DNA from: a virus
Lineage: Duplodnaviria > Caudoviricetes
Direction: 5' to 3' (one strand)
Virus record (IMG/VR): IMGVR_UViG_3300044676_000267
Coordinates: 1 to 37,496 of that record
DNA length: 37,496 bases
Shown in pieces: positions 36,951 through 37,496 of this stretch; position 1 is the stretch's first letter; every line of letters begins with the position of its first letter. Under the pieces are notes generated by a model, which did no database searches, had not been told where the DNA came from, and saw only the letters and a program-made list of their open reading frames with translations. Position numbers and translations under genes: made by a program.

Positions 36951-37234
36951 AGTTTGTACAAATCATCACTGTGTACCATTATCCAGAATCCCTTACGGTT
37001 TTTTTCGCATAATGCAATCACTGGAGTTTTGTTTTCTGCATCTGCGAGTTTCTTAGTGTCATCCCACAATGTAACTACCGTATGTTTTGCACGCAGTTTA
37101 CATTCGATAAATAACGTTTCATGGATAACATCTGCGCGGGTAATCTTGCCGTTGCCACCCGACAAAGCAGCCCTATCGCCACCAAAGAATGCAGCAACTT
37201 TTCTTTCCCGCTGTTTCCACGCTTTATCGCCCAT
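36947..37234 (-). CDS. PD-(D/E)XK nuclease, Holliday-junction-resolvase-like
   Basis: ERKVA...ADV...IECK motif. Confidence 0.7.
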   Translation of the reverse strand: MGDKAWKQRERKVAAFFGGDRAALSGGNGKITRADVIHETLFIECKLRAKHTVVTLWDDTKKLADAENKTPVIALCEKNRKGFWIMVHSDDLYKL

Positions 37235-37241
37235 AATTAAC

Positions 37242-37300
37242 ACTATACCCGAAACTTAACTTTACGCAACTCCCATGTGATATTCGTTAACTTACGTTAA
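37242..37300 (-). promoter_or_regulatory. Late promoter candidate with upstream operator copy (37287-37300)
   Basis: TTGCGT-16 nt-TATAGT, 7 nt to ATG 37234; TTAACTTACGTTAA upstream. Confidence 0.55.
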
Positions 37301-37369
37301 TATCTAAAAATGCCCTCCGCTGTATGGATGAATCCATTGTATGTATACGGCAGACGCACTTTGGGGGGT

Positions 37370-37496
37370 GGGGGGTCGATTTGGCCGAGCGCGCCTGTGT
37401 GATTGCGCCTTGCCTGTGCGTATATATGAGAAGCAGACACGTTTGCCCGTAGCCTTTTAACAAGACCGCAGGGATATGCCTTGCCTTTGCTCTGTG
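37370..37496. repeat. Terminal direct repeat, copy 2
   Basis: Identical to 1-127. Confidence 0.95.

Larger units (their letters stand above)
1..37369. mobile_element. Complete tailed phage genome (podovirus-type, T7/BPP-1-like virion module, no polymerase genes)
   Basis: TerS, TerL, portal, capsid, tail tubular A/B, ejection proteins, tail fibre, holin and endolysin all present; ends overlap. Confidence 0.95.

Noticed and set aside
8520-37234. Stop-codon reassignment or capsid read-through
   Set aside because: Genes are intact and tightly coupled under the standard code; the decoration gene has its own SD

Overview
The window is a complete, circularly assembled podovirus-type phage genome of 37,369 bp unique sequence; bases 1-127 recur at 37370-37496. 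A long minus-strand late operon runs, across the join, from terS through a PD-(D/E)XK nuclease, terL, two small paralogues flanking a GNAT gene, portal, scaffold, major capsid and decoration proteins, tail tubular A/B, three ejection proteins (one of 2307 aa) and tail fibres to an enlarged lysis/envelope cassette. The early region (about 650-8520) has small hypothetical genes and a Ref-like nuclease. It also has an SF2 helicase, a RepB-type primase, a truncated DUF1376/YdaU-like initiator, a Cro-like HTH protein, an SSB-like protein, a Cas4-like nuclease and a MazG-like protein. I recognise no DNA polymerase, RNA polymerase, integrase or second (CI-like) repressor. The most striking unexplained structure is a compact regulatory system at 5921-6545. 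(i) The terminator hairpin at the 3' end of the cro-like transcript has a 15-nt loop complementary to the start-codon region of the initiator gene (14 consecutive nt) and of several early genes (shared CAACAATGAG). (ii) A palindromic TTAAC-N4-GTYAA operator recurs at all four early promoters and upstream of a late promoter. (iii) An iteron-like block lies upstream of, not inside, the initiator gene. All family assignments come from motif recognition by eye; no database searches were run.
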